From: Dehalococcoidia bacterium
Lineage (GTDB): Bacteria > Chloroflexota > Dehalococcoidia > GIF9 > UBA5629
Reading direction: 5' to 3'
Assembly: GCA_050011565.1 (NCBI GenBank)
Contig: JBEKIW010000001.1
Coordinates: forward strand, 576,001-640,000
Length of the DNA stretch: 64,000 nucleotides
In this document: piece after piece, positions 19,040 through 29,349 of the stretch
Numbering within the stretch: position 1 is the first letter of the stretch
Layout of the letters: the number at the start of each line of letters is the position of its first letter
Position numbers and translations under genes: made by a program
Notes under the pieces: generated by a model
The model's database searches: none
The model's input: the letters and a program-made list of their open reading frames with translations, nothing else
What the model was told of the DNA's origin: nothing

Positions 19040-19793
19040 CTTTCTTTATCTTCTTTTGCGATTCTGGAAAGTCACTACTCTCGCCAGACAACTTTCTGTA
19101 CAGAAGTGACAGTATTGCCTTTCTCCGCAACAGCAAGCCCCACAAAGATGCTGTATAGGGTACACGTGTACGATAACCGATATCTAAACAGTCCCACAGT
19201 TTCATAAAACCCAGCGGTGCATAGAGCAACGTTTGGGCCACATTGAATCCTGAGTTATCTAATAGATTTTCCCAGGTCTCCAGGGTAAATAGGTTGATGT
19301 GTGATAAATGCCTATTCCTCATGTTTGCGTACCACTTGCTATGAAATAGTAACATGTCGTTGAAGAATTCGGAAGGTACAGTCATGATGAATTTGCCTTT
19401 CTTGTCCAATACTCTATTGACCTCGGCAATACATTTTTCTGGATTGTTAATGTGCTCCAGCGTGCAGTTACAGAAAACCGTTTTAAAACTATTGTTGGGA
19501 AACGGCAGGTCTCTAGCATCAGCAGCAAGCAAAATATCGTATACATTTAAATTCCTAGCAGCTTTTAGTAGTTCGGCATTCGAGTCCACGCCAGCTTTAA
19601 TTTTTTGGAAAAGAGCATAACTGAATTGCCCGTTGCCACAGCCCAAATCCAATAGCGGTGCCTCCATTTGTGGCACCGCCAAAGAGATCTCCTTGAACTC
19701 AAGAAATCGCCACAGAGCTTCAGAAATAGCAAGGTTTGCTGATAATTTTAGAAAGGCATCTTTCTCTGCGTCTTCTCGTTGATTGATGAACAT
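19005..19793 (-). CDS. Class I SAM-dependent methyltransferase (Methyltransf_11-like)
   Basis: LLDLGCGNG, DARDLPF, CTLEHI, RVLDKKG, MTVP. Confidence 0.88.
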   Translation of the reverse strand: MFINQREDAEKDAFLKLSANLAISEALWRFLEFKEISLAVPQMEAPLLDLGCGNGQFSYALFQKIKAGVDSNAELLKAARNLNVYDILLAADARDLPFPNNSFKTVFCNCTLEHINNPEKCIAEVNRVLDKKGKFIMTVPSEFFNDMLLFHSKWYANMRNRHLSHINLFTLETWENLLDNSGFNVAQTLLYAPLGFMKLWDCLDIGYRTRVPYTASLWGLLLRRKAILSLLYRKLSGESSDFPESQKKIKKGGGRLFIAEKR

Positions 19794-19864
19794 CCTCTAT
19801 CACCTTTTCGCTTATATAAAAGTTGAAACTTGAAATTTGCAAATAATGCTTTTTGTTCACTTGT

Positions 19865-21004
19865 TCATTGATTTTGACTGAGGGCTTTTTGGAAAACCTT
19901 TTCCATGTTCTTGGCATATGAGTACCAGGACAAGTTGTTTTTAACGTAATTCAGCGCGTTTTCACCCATTTTCATAGCTAGTGTTGGATTATCAATCAGC
20001 CTCTCGATTTCTGTCGCGATTACTTCCGGTGTCGCATTATCCATAACAATACCATTTATATTGTTTTCTATTATTTCAGAAACCCCAGCTTTCCTAGAGA
20101 CAATGACTGGTTTACCAGCTGCCATAGCTTCGGTTACAACGAGGCCCCATGTTTGTTCGGCAGGGAAGACACAAACATTACATGCCTTATAGATATTGGC
20201 AAGCTCCTCATCGCTAATATCACTAAGAAACAGGACTCTTCCCAGCACCCCTAACTCAGATGCAAGTTCTTTATATGGTTTAACCAATCCAGGTCCTACC
20301 AATACAAGCTTAACCTTTTCCGGCAAATATGTTAATGCTTTGATGGACATATCTGGATGTTTATAATAAATAAATGAACCCACCTGGAGGACGAGAAAAT
20401 TATTCCCTAAGCCATATTTTAGCCTGAATTTTTCTCCGCATCCACTTTGGAAAAATTCAACGTCAACGCCTTCCCTTATTAGCGTAGACGGTCTACCATA
20501 AGCATTCTTTACTAAACCTGCATCAATACGAGACATCACAACTATCTCATCGATACACTTAACAGCGACTTTGTCAAATATTTCAAAGAGTGGCCAGTGG
20601 ACGATAAACTTGCCCTTTCGTTGTTCAGGCTGGAAAAACCAGAAAGGCGGCTCATTGCACATCCAGACTACAGGCACTTTTAACCGCTTTTTGGCGTAAA
20701 AAGCTGCCCATTCGGTGGGAAAATTGTGGTTGTTTATTATGTCAAACCTGTCAGGTATCGCCCTTCCAATATTTAACATACAATTCAAGATATTGTAATA
20801 GCCTATCCTCCTGAATTGCGGGTATGGAATGACATTTAAAATAACATTTTTTAACATTTCAGGATAGCATTTATCTTTGTCTATTTCATTAACAAAAATC
20901 TCTATATGGTGGCCGAACTTTTGCAGTTCTATGGCCAGTCTCAGTATCAGTCTTTCCCCACCTGCAGACACAGTTAGGGGTGTATGAATCATGGCAATTC
21001 TCAT
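19865..21004 (-). CDS. GT4 glycosyltransferase
   Basis: AGGER, HNFP, QTWGLVVTEAMAAGKPV, LSW. Confidence 0.9.
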   Translation of the reverse strand: MRIAMIHTPLTVSAGGERLILRLAIELQKFGHHIEIFVNEIDKDKCYPEMLKNVILNVIPYPQFRRIGYYNILNCMLNIGRAIPDRFDIINNHNFPTEWAAFYAKKRLKVPVVWMCNEPPFWFFQPEQRKGKFIVHWPLFEIFDKVAVKCIDEIVVMSRIDAGLVKNAYGRPSTLIREGVDVEFFQSGCGEKFRLKYGLGNNFLVLQVGSFIYYKHPDMSIKALTYLPEKVKLVLVGPGLVKPYKELASELGVLGRVLFLSDISDEELANIYKACNVCVFPAEQTWGLVVTEAMAAGKPVIVSRKAGVSEIIENNINGIVMDNATPEVIATEIERLIDNPTLAMKMGENALNYVKNNLSWYSYAKNMEKVFQKALSQNQ

Positions 21005-21029
21005 TCTATTTAGCCTCCAGCGCTCATAT

Positions 21030-22493
21030 CTATGTTGCGATACTTTCTCTTGTAAACAGGTTTTTTAGAATCGCCACATCCTGCTTATCTAATCCCCTTA
21101 CTATATAAAGCACCAAGAAATATATTAGCGCGGATATTAAAACTATCAAAAATAAATTGATACCGCTGGCAAATCGGATGAAAACAAGCATTGCCAGGCA
21201 GGATACTAACGCTTTCGCTATATTTTTTAAGGAGTTTAGACGTAGCTTATAATCAGTATTTGCCAAGGTGAATACCAGCATTAGGAGTGCTGCCAAGTTT
21301 GAGAGAACTGCTGCGATACTCGCTCCAACATAGCTGTACGCCGGTATAAGGATAATGTTCAAAATGACGTTTACAATGACTGTAATTATCATTATCTTGG
21401 CAACTGTAGTTTGCCTATCGATGGAATACAGCAAAAAGTCAAAAGCGCTGTTCGTATAAATTAAAACAGTGTTCCAGGCTAGAATTTGCAGGGCAATCGC
21501 CGATGCCTCATATTCGATGCCAAAGACCTGCAGTACAATCCTGCTGGCCAACATTGTAATACCTACTCCGATGGGGATGCTCAATATGAGCATGTATTTC
21601 AGGCTACGTTCATATACAAGTTTCAAAGATTCCAGAGAGGATTTATATAACTTGGACATGACAGGGAAAACGGCTGCAAAGAAAGAGGCGGGAATAAAAA
21701 CCAGTGCCAATACTACTTTATATGCAGCATTATACCAACCTACAGCTTCATTTCCTTTAACGACAGAAAGAATCACAGAGTCAATACCAAGGTAACCGCC
21801 GACCAGAAAGGCTATAAGCCCAAACGGCAGTGCCTGTCTTATCGTCTGCAACCAGAAACTCCTATCGAACTCAAGATGTCCAGCACCTCCTTTGATTAAG
21901 GCAGAGAATTTAATTCTCATGACAGCCAAGCAATATATAAGGACTATTATACTGGCCAGTAAATACAAAGAAGCGAAATCCACCACGTTAAAATTGCATT
22001 TTATTGATATGAACACTCCTCCAAGAATCACTGCAACGCTCAGCAATTGTCCTACACTCTGATATTCCATTTTTTCAAACGCTTGAAAAATGGAAAAATA
22101 AACCGAGGCAAAGGCGGCTGATATCACTGATAAACCCACCAGATAGACGACCATAACTGTATCGCGGGGATATCCCATGAGATTTATAGCAAGTGCAATA
22201 AGGACAAAGGTTACGATAGCCAGAAGTATTTTTAGCAGGCTTATATTGGCTAGGTATTTTGATGCCAGGGATTTCTCCTTGGCAATTTCCCTTACGGAAA
22301 GCTGCTGGAGGCCGATATCGCCAAAAACAGCGAATATTCCGGTAAAAGCCAAGGCAAAGGATAAAACCCCGAAACCCGCAGGGCCAAGACTTCGTAGAAT
22401 GTATATGGTACAGAAAAGGCCAACTATAAAGCTTAAAACTTGACCTATGAGCAGAACTATGGTGTTTTTGGCAATTGTTTTAACAGTGCTCAA
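21030..22493 (-). CDS. Oligosaccharide flippase (Wzx/RfbX, MOP family)
   Basis: IAKNT, LG...FG, DIGL, FQAFEKM, AVGWYNAAY, LIP.Y..VGA; many TM segments. Confidence 0.9.
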   Translation of the reverse strand: MSTVKTIAKNTIVLLIGQVLSFIVGLFCTIYILRSLGPAGFGVLSFALAFTGIFAVFGDIGLQQLSVREIAKEKSLASKYLANISLLKILLAIVTFVLIALAINLMGYPRDTVMVVYLVGLSVISAAFASVYFSIFQAFEKMEYQSVGQLLSVAVILGGVFISIKCNFNVVDFASLYLLASIIVLIYCLAVMRIKFSALIKGGAGHLEFDRSFWLQTIRQALPFGLIAFLVGGYLGIDSVILSVVKGNEAVGWYNAAYKVVLALVFIPASFFAAVFPVMSKLYKSSLESLKLVYERSLKYMLILSIPIGVGITMLASRIVLQVFGIEYEASAIALQILAWNTVLIYTNSAFDFLLYSIDRQTTVAKIMIITVIVNVILNIILIPAYSYVGASIAAVLSNLAALLMLVFTLANTDYKLRLNSLKNIAKALVSCLAMLVFIRFASGINLFLIVLISALIYFLVLYIVRGLDKQDVAILKNLFTRESIAT

Positions 22494-22498
22494 ATGGC

Positions 22499-22996
22499 TT
22501 AGCCTTGCTTTAGTGCCCAGTCATAGGGAATGTCATTATCAAACGGGTCGATGCGGAATTCGTCTGGTTTTTGTGCGTTATAAGGCTCGGTGACAGTATT
22601 TACCACATAGACGGGTTTGGAGCCATATGCCTTGAATCCATGTATAACCAGGCGCGGAATGTGTATAAGCACGGGATTGTCTTCACCGGCGAAAAATTCG
22701 TTGACCAACCCTCTGGTTGGAGAACCCTGCCTGTCATCGTAGAGAACCACTTTGGCCATGCCTTTGATAACTACAAAGTTATCATCTTGTTTCTTATGAT
22801 AATGCCAGGCTTTAACCACCCCGGGGTAACAGGTGGTTACATATACCTGGCCGAAATTCTGAAGCATCGAGTCGTCACTTCGAAGCATCTCCATTAATTT
22901 TCCTCGCTCATCAGGTATCCATTTAAGTTGTTTAATTTGAACACCCTGGATGAGCTGCTTCGCCGGGACTTTATATTTTTTGCCTTTCAACTGCAT
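22499..22996 (-). CDS. rmlC: dTDP-4-dehydrorhamnose 3,5-epimerase (short cupin type)
   Basis: DERG.L.E, PGVVKAWHYH, YDDR..SPT, HGFK; start at ATG 22996 (TAATG overlap). Confidence 0.88.
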   Translation of the reverse strand: MQLKGKKYKVPAKQLIQGVQIKQLKWIPDERGKLMEMLRSDDSMLQNFGQVYVTTCYPGVVKAWHYHKKQDDNFVVIKGMAKVVLYDDRQGSPTRGLVNEFFAGEDNPVLIHIPRLVIHGFKAYGSKPVYVVNTVTEPYNAQKPDEFRIDPFDNDIPYDWALKQG

Positions 22997-23052
22997 TATA
23001 AACCTCTCCCGCATATCATATAGTCTTTAAGCGCTTTCTGCAAACTTCTCGT
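22996..23052 (-). pseudogene. Diverged duplicate of the rmlD 3' end (TRSLQKALKDYMICGRGL*)
   Basis: Matches the rmlD C-terminus MRSWQEALKDYMTRKG at 31 of 39 nt by manual alignment; the stop overlaps the rmlC ATG. Confidence 0.8.
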
Positions 23053-23085
23053 ACTCGTCCAGTACATTGGTGAAACCACTCGTTT

Positions 23086-23425
23086 TGTCATTTTGGGGGA
23101 GCAGTCGTTTTTTGCATCGCAAGGCTTGGCTCCGTGGCGGTCTCATTCTATTTCCTGTCATCCTGAGAGAGCCCTTCGCCTTTGTCATCCTGAGGGAGCG
23201 AAGCGACCGAAGGATCTAGCTCAGGATGAACTCCGCGACCGAAGAATCTCGCGGGGCTTAGGGCAAACTCCGCATGGCAATCCCTGTGGTGGGGAAGGTG
23301 TGAGATTCTGCCCCTTCCCCTTCGCCTCCGGCTCAGGGTCAGGGTCAGGATGACAGGAAGTGAAAGACTCGGAGCGGCATATAGCGAAGGGCTCGCAATG
23401 ACATAAAAAAGGGCTCGCAATGATG
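23086..23425. repeat. Cluster of nested REP/RPE-like palindromic elements
   Basis: Perfect 15-bp inverted repeat ttcctgtcatcctga (23152-23166) / tcaggatgacaggaa (23345-23359); inner tcatcctgag/ctcaggatga; gagcccttcgc/gcgaagggctc; duplicated gggctcgcaatga. Confidence 0.8.
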
Positions 23426-23466
23426 TAAGAGAATGGCTCCCGTCTATCTTGGCGAGCTTAAACTCA

Positions 23467-26115
23467 TCATGGCACCTGATTTACAGTGAAGCTTATGGTC
23501 GTTGACCAGTTACTCCATCCGCCAATATTACCCGCTCTTGCCCGCCAGTAATATATCGTACCAAATGAGAGGCCAGTTACTTCCTGTGATGTATTGTTGC
23601 CCACATCGGCATCGAATACGGTTGTGGTAAAAGAAGAGCTGGTGCCAACCTGCAACTGGTATTTTGTGGCACCATTTGGCGCTCCCCATTTAAGGATGAT
23701 AGCTGCCCCAGGAGATATAGGGTCGGGTGGGTTTGGAGGTGTATGAGGCGTAGTGGTACCCCAGCCCGCGATGAAGTAAGTGTAGCCTGTTTGGGTGTTC
23801 CAGCCTGAGCCCGCGGAACCCGGCCAGGTCCATGAGGCGTAGGTAGAAGGTTGCCAGCGGACGGTTGCTGATGGATCATTGGAGTGGTAGTAGATGTTGG
23901 CGGAATCGCTGACCACTGCCAGCCAGTAGTATGTACCTGAGGTAACGGGAGTAGATGTGATGGGTATTGTATTCCACCCCGTGGTAACAGGGGTGCTGTC
24001 TACGACGGCAAGGCGGGAGTTGGGCTGGCCGGAATTATCGTCGTAGATGGCGACCTTAACGTTGCCGCCGGCGCTGACCTTGACTCTAAATTCGGTGATG
24101 GAACCTGTAGAAGCGGCGAGGAAACGCTGCAGTATGACGGTGCCGCTGGCACCACCTCCGTTACCGCCGGTGGAGGCGGTATCGGTGGCTACGCCGATGA
24201 GTATCTGAGTTTGAACCGGAGTGGTGAATTGAGCGCTGGTACCCGCCCAGGCGGGACCGGCGGAATTGCTGGCATAGCATCTATAGAAGTAGGGGGCGTT
24301 GGGGATAAGGTTGGATACATCGGTGTAGAAAGTGCCTAAGGCTTTAGTTCCCAGGTCAACGTGGTTGGCCCAGCTACCTGTGGTAGTGCCGCCATCGGTG
24401 GTGCCATAGTAGACGGTAACGGCAGGGTTCTCGTTGCCGGTTGAGGTAACCTCGCCATTCAGTCTGGCTGAGGTTGAGGTGATGTTGGTGGCGCCGATGG
24501 AGTTGGTGATGGTCGGTGATGTTGGAGGTGTGATGGCGCTCCGACCGGCAACGAAGTAAGTATAGCCCGTTTGAATATTCCAGCCTACGCCAGCGGAACT
24601 TGGCCAGGTCCATGAGGCGTAGGTAGAAGGTTTCCAGCGGACGGTTGCTGATGGATCATTGGAGTGGTAGTAGATGTTGGCGGAATCGCTGACCAGCGCC
24701 AGCCAGTAGTAGGTACCAGAAGTGACAGCGATGGAGGGGGTGATGGGTATGGTATTCCACCCCACGGTAGTAACAGGGGTGCTGCTGTCTACGGCGGCAA
24801 GGCGGGAGTTAGGCTGGCCTGAGCTGTCGTCGTAGATAGCGACCTTAACGTTGCCGCTGGCGCTGACCTTGACTCTAAATTCAGCTATAGAACCGGTGGA
24901 AGTGGCGAGGAAACGCTGCAGTATGACGGTGCCACTGACACCTCCACCACTACCTCCGGTGGAGGTGGTGCCTGAGGCTACGCCAATAAGTTGTTGTGGG
25001 TCGCTTGAAGAAGATGTCCCATAAATGGACTGGATGCCGGCTATATCATCGGCGGTAAGAGCGCGCTTTGTGGTACCCGAGCCGCTGTAGCCGTACATTA
25101 CCTTGGCGGCGTCAGCGGGGCCATAATACAAATCGTCTAAACACAGCCAGTGTCCAAATTCGTGCAGACCCACGGACTGCACATCATAGTATCCGCCCGG
25201 GCACGTCGGCAACGTGCTCCAGTTATAGTAGTCATTAAACTCTACGTCATTTTCGAGGAGGGTGCTGCCGCTGTACCATATGTGTGTGACTGCCAGGATA
25301 CCTGTGTCTAGCGTATTAACCCACATAATCTCGTTAACACCATCATAGCCGTAAGCAGTGGCTGTAGTGGTGCCGGCATAGCTGAATGAGAAGTTGGCAC
25401 CGGCAGTGGACCACGTCGACGCTGCGTTTTGCACCGCTGCTCCTTCACCGGTGCTGTCCGAAGTATTTTCGTTTATACGGTATCCAACAGGAATCTTGTT
25501 AGAAGGCCAACTGTAACCGGCATATAAGTAAGGCATGGTAACGACAGAGGGGGAGATATCCAATTCCGTGGCTGGCAGGGCTTGTCCCTTGAGAACGCTA
25601 TTTATCCGTCCCTTGAACTCGGCTACAGGTAAATTGTTAGCTTTGTCTCCCTTGATGGGAAACTTGCCTCGAAAGCCCTGGTAGACCTCAAATTGCTGCG
25701 CGGGAAATTTGTCTGGCAGGGACATCGCTTTAGACGGCTGGGCATTGTTGAGCTTCTTCAGGAATACCACCGCCTTTTCACCTTGGTCAAAGCTAGGCAT
25801 TTCCGACACAAACTCTCCTATGCCTTCAACCTCTCCACCGGGTACGGTGATGGTAACTTTGTCCGGACCAGCCTCGCCCTTAATCCTATCCTCTACGGAG
25901 AAGGCCACCGAGGTGTAAATCTGTGTGTGCGCATCATTCCAGTAGCTGTTGCGGTCAGTAACCGTACCAACTAAAACGGAGTCGGCACCGTTGGTCAGGT
26001 CCTTAAGATTTATCTTGCCCGAATCAGCCTGTGCTGCGCTGGTGAATGCCAGCGGTAGTAGCGAGCTTACTATTATGAATAATATAGCAACACTTAGCCA
26101 ACGAAATCTCTTCAT
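23467..26115 (-). CDS. Secreted matrixin (M10)-like zinc metalloprotease with repeated beta-sandwich/FN3-like C-terminal domains
   Basis: Signal peptide MKRFRWLSVAILF..AQA, HEFGHWLCLDD, Met-turn KVMYG, ALTADDIAGIQSIYG, internal repeats. Confidence 0.85.
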   Translation of the reverse strand: MKRFRWLSVAILFIIVSSLLPLAFTSAAQADSGKINLKDLTNGADSVLVGTVTDRNSYWNDAHTQIYTSVAFSVEDRIKGEAGPDKVTITVPGGEVEGIGEFVSEMPSFDQGEKAVVFLKKLNNAQPSKAMSLPDKFPAQQFEVYQGFRGKFPIKGDKANNLPVAEFKGRINSVLKGQALPATELDISPSVVTMPYLYAGYSWPSNKIPVGYRINENTSDSTGEGAAVQNAASTWSTAGANFSFSYAGTTTATAYGYDGVNEIMWVNTLDTGILAVTHIWYSGSTLLENDVEFNDYYNWSTLPTCPGGYYDVQSVGLHEFGHWLCLDDLYYGPADAAKVMYGYSGSGTTKRALTADDIAGIQSIYGTSSSSDPQQLIGVASGTTSTGGSGGGVSGTVILQRFLATSTGSIAEFRVKVSASGNVKVAIYDDSSGQPNSRLAAVDSSTPVTTVGWNTIPITPSIAVTSGTYYWLALVSDSANIYYHSNDPSATVRWKPSTYASWTWPSSAGVGWNIQTGYTYFVAGRSAITPPTSPTITNSIGATNITSTSARLNGEVTSTGNENPAVTVYYGTTDGGTTTGSWANHVDLGTKALGTFYTDVSNLIPNAPYFYRCYASNSAGPAWAGTSAQFTTPVQTQILIGVATDTASTGGNGGGASGTVILQRFLAASTGSITEFRVKVSAGGNVKVAIYDDNSGQPNSRLAVVDSTPVTTGWNTIPITSTPVTSGTYYWLAVVSDSANIYYHSNDPSATVRWQPSTYASWTWPGSAGSGWNTQTGYTYFIAGWGTTTPHTPPNPPDPISPGAAIILKWGAPNGATKYQLQVGTSSSFTTTVFDADVGNNTSQEVTGLSFGTIYYWRARAGNIGGWSNWSTTISFTVNQVP
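23761..24992 (-). repeat. Two copies of a ~145-aa domain (about 23761-24204 and 24541-24992) in the protease gene
   Basis: VILQRF..EFRVKVSA.GNVKVAIYDD..YYWLA..DSANIYY..QTGYTYF occurs twice; DNA nearly identical over 23822-23915 vs 24602-24695. Confidence 0.9.
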
Positions 26116-26285
26116 GTCATATCTCCTTAGTCGTTATGATATATAATTATATAGCAGTAAAATGGGAATTACCTCTCGGATACATGGTACTTTAGTACTT
26201 GAAGGGGTTTTAATACAGTGATTGCAGTTTTTTCGGGCGGTACTCAGGAGACAAAGGATAACCACCAGACCAAGTGTAAGATTTT

Positions 26286-27155
26286 TCATCCCGAATGGCC
26301 TTTACGTGTCATGTAGTCCTTGAGCGCTTCCTGCCAACTCCTCATGTCAGCCATACCTAATAGCCTGAGTTGATAGTTATCCAGGGCTGAATTGTTGGGT
26401 CGCCTGGCTTTTTGAGGATATTCAGCCGACGTGATGGGTGTTATAGGAGTCTTCAGGCGTGCCAGCTTTAATACTTCTACGGCAAACTGATACCAGGAGC
26501 AGGTACCACTATTGGTTATATGGAAAATCCCGTAGTACTCGGTGGCTATAAGCTGAACTATCTTACTGGCTAAATCCGGTGTATAAGTGGGGGAAAAGAC
26601 CTGGTCATTTACCACCCTCAGCTCATCACGCTCTTTAGCCAGCTTGATTATAGTCTCAATGAAATTACCACCCTTACCCATGGCGCCAGCTATGCCGAAA
26701 AGTGATGAAGTCCTGACTATAAAATATCTGGTACAAAGATGCTGGACAAGGTTTTCACCAGCGAGCTTGGATTTACCATAAAGATTTAAGGGGATTGGTA
26801 CGTCAAATTCAGTATAGGGAGACCTCTTAGGCTCAGGCTCACCACCGAAGACATAGTCTGTGCTGATATGGACGAGTTTGGCTTCTAATTCCTGCGCTAC
26901 AACGGCTATATTTCTGGCTCCAAGGGCGTTTACCATAAAGGCTTTATCTTGCTCGGCCTCACAATCGTCAACACGGACAAAAGCAGCCGTGTTTACTATC
27001 GCATCTGGCTTATATTTATGCAAAGCTTTTCTAACAGAGTCCATGCTGGTAATTTCGATATCATTCTGAGTGAGTGGTACAACCTCAAAGTCATTCAGAG
27101 CCTGACATAAATCTGTGCCTAGCTGCCCATCGGCACCGGTAATCACGACTTTCAT
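26286..27155 (-). CDS. rmlD: dTDP-4-dehydrorhamnose reductase
   Basis: GADGQLG, VDDCE, HISTDYVFG, YGKSK, DQVFSPT. Confidence 0.95.
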   Translation of the reverse strand: MKVVITGADGQLGTDLCQALNDFEVVPLTQNDIEITSMDSVRKALHKYKPDAIVNTAAFVRVDDCEAEQDKAFMVNALGARNIAVVAQELEAKLVHISTDYVFGGEPEPKRSPYTEFDVPIPLNLYGKSKLAGENLVQHLCTRYFIVRTSSLFGIAGAMGKGGNFIETIIKLAKERDELRVVNDQVFSPTYTPDLASKIVQLIATEYYGIFHITNSGTCSWYQFAVEVLKLARLKTPITPITSAEYPQKARRPNNSALDNYQLRLLGMADMRSWQEALKDYMTRKGHSG

Positions 27156-28156
27156 CTATGGAGATACATCCTCTCATAGTATTTGGCATACTCACCGCTT
27201 TTGATCTGGCGCCACCAGGGTTCATGGCTCATATACCAGTTGACCGTATGCTTTAATGCTTCTTCGAAGGCATGTGAGGGACTCCATCCGAGCTCACGAG
27301 TTATCTTGGAGATGTCCAAGGCGTAGCGACGGTCATGGCCGGGACGGTCCTTAACAAAGGTGATCAGCTCTCCAGGTTTACCCATTACGTTCAGTAGACT
27401 GTGGATTAGTTCCAGGTTTGTTTTCTCTTGATTGGCAGCTATATTATATATCTGGCCGGGCTCGCCTTTCAGAATGACCGATTCCAAAGCTCGGCAGTGG
27501 TCCTCAACGTAAATCCAGTCACGGACGTTCAGACCATCGCCATAGATAGGAATTGATTTGTCTTCTAAAACATTGGTGATGGCCAGGGGGATTAGCTTTT
27601 CGGGAAACTGATACGGCCCAAAATTATTGGAGCAGCGGGTGATAATTACTGGAACCCCATAAGTATGGTAATAGGCAAGACATAGAAGGTCAGCGGCTGC
27701 TTTGCTGGCTGAATACGGACTTCTGGGGGATAGAGGTGATTCCTCTGTAAAGCTGCCGCTTTCTATAGAGCCGTAAACCTCGTCTGTCGATACCTGGATA
27801 AATTTTTTTATGCCATACTGCTTGCTACCTTCAAGCAATACCTGTGTTCCCTTGATGTTGGTCTCGATAAACGGCCGGGCGTCCATGATACTGCGGTCAA
27901 CATGAGATTCGGCAGCAAAGTTAACTACGATTTCGAATTTATTTCCGAGGAGTTCGTTGACTAGTTTTCTGTCAGCGATGTCGCCTTTGATAAAATGATA
28001 GCCAGGCTGGTTTTCAACAGCACTCAGATTTTCTAGGTTGCCAGCATAAGTAAGCTTATCCAGAGTTGTTACTTGCCAATCCGGATGTTGTTGAAGAATA
28101 CAATAGATGAAATTGCTGCCGATAAAGCCGGCACCACCGGTTACAAGCAGTCTCAT
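27152..28156 (-). CDS. rmlB: dTDP-glucose 4,6-dehydratase
   Basis: Start MRLLVTGGAGFIGSN; DKLTYAGN, AAESHVDRS, STDEVYG, YSASKA, DRPGHDRRY. Confidence 0.96.
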   Translation of the reverse strand: MRLLVTGGAGFIGSNFIYCILQQHPDWQVTTLDKLTYAGNLENLSAVENQPGYHFIKGDIADRKLVNELLGNKFEIVVNFAAESHVDRSIMDARPFIETNIKGTQVLLEGSKQYGIKKFIQVSTDEVYGSIESGSFTEESPLSPRSPYSASKAAADLLCLAYYHTYGVPVIITRCSNNFGPYQFPEKLIPLAITNVLEDKSIPIYGDGLNVRDWIYVEDHCRALESVILKGEPGQIYNIAANQEKTNLELIHSLLNVMGKPGELITFVKDRPGHDRRYALDISKITRELGWSPSHAFEEALKHTVNWYMSHEPWWRQIKSGEYAKYYERMYLHR

Positions 28157-28169
28157 CTCCCAGTCCTTA

Positions 28170-29237
28170 TCATAGCTCGAATTTGGTGTTATCTCCAGCA
28201 AACAATTTTATAGTCCGGAACTGGCCCTCTGATTTGCTAACCTCAACCTCTCTACCTAGCAGGCTGTCTCCAAGCCGCTCAATGCGGCAAATATGACAAT
28301 CTTCTAGAATCACCGAATGCTCTATGGATGAGTCTTCGACCTTTGTCCCGGCACCTATACTGGTGAACGGCCCAATCAAGGAGTTCCTGATATAACATTT
28401 TTCAGCAATAGCTACGGGGCCGCGTATAATACTATTTTCCACCTTGGTTCCTTCTCTAATCTCGACTCTGCCGACCACCTGACTTTTAGAGTCGACCTCT
28501 CCCTCTATGCTGCGCTGAATCAAATCATCAAGCACCACCCGATTGGCTTCAAGCAGGTCGTCTTTTTTCCCTGTGTCAAGCCACCAACCTTTGAGGATAT
28601 GGCTGCGAACATCTTTACCAATATCGAATAGTTTCTGAATAGCATCGGTTATTTCAAGCTCGCCTCGCGAGGAAGGCTTTATCTGGTCTATTACCAGATG
28701 TATCTCAGGGGTAAAGAGGTAAACCCCCACCAGGGCCAGGTTGCTTTTTGGCTCTTTGGGTTTCTCGACCAGACGGACTATCTTCCCTGACTTGTCGAGC
28801 TCGGCAACACCGAAAAGACGGGGGTCTGCAACTTCTTTCAACAGGACAAGGGCATCAGGTTTGTATTTAAGGAACTCATCGACAAAATTCTTAACACCGC
28901 CGTGAATCAAGTTATCTCCCAGGAACATTAGGAACGGAGAATCACCGAGGAAATTCTTAGCCGTTTTAACTGCATGTGCCAGACCCAGAGGCTCATTCTG
29001 CAAAATATAGGTGATTTGGGCATTCCACCGGGAGCTATCTCTTATAGCTTGTTTAATATATTGGCCAGTTTCCGGGGAGATAATAATACCGATGTCGGTG
29101 ATACCGGCTTCCGTGATCTGGTCAAGGACGTAAAACAAAATGGGCTTATTGGCTACAGGAAGAAGCTGTTTAGCCGTCGTATTGGTTAAGGGTTTCAGTC
29201 TGGTGCCTTTACCACCGGATAACACCAATGCTTTCAT
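28170..29237 (-). CDS. rmlA: Glucose-1-phosphate thymidylyltransferase (long form)
   Basis: [42 protein letters not shown]-terminal hexapeptide region. Confidence 0.93.
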   Translation of the reverse strand: MKALVLSGGKGTRLKPLTNTTAKQLLPVANKPILFYVLDQITEAGITDIGIIISPETGQYIKQAIRDSSRWNAQITYILQNEPLGLAHAVKTAKNFLGDSPFLMFLGDNLIHGGVKNFVDEFLKYKPDALVLLKEVADPRLFGVAELDKSGKIVRLVEKPKEPKSNLALVGVYLFTPEIHLVIDQIKPSSRGELEITDAIQKLFDIGKDVRSHILKGWWLDTGKKDDLLEANRVVLDDLIQRSIEGEVDSKSQVVGRVEIREGTKVENSIIRGPVAIAEKCYIRNSLIGPFTSIGAGTKVEDSSIEHSVILEDCHICRIERLGDSLLGREVEVSKSEGQFRTIKLFAGDNTKFEL

Positions 29238-29349
29238 AGGATTTTTACCAAAACCATAAACTGTGAATTAATTCTACATGAAGATATATGATCAGTCTAC
29301 TTTTCTAAACGTCCCGTTTTTAGAAAACTACCATAGCCGCACTCCCCGG

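Noticed and set aside
23086-23425. CRISPR array, or real genes for ORFs 23093-23353 and 23148-23420
   Set aside because: No regular repeat-spacer periodicity; the ORFs are translations of palindromic DNA
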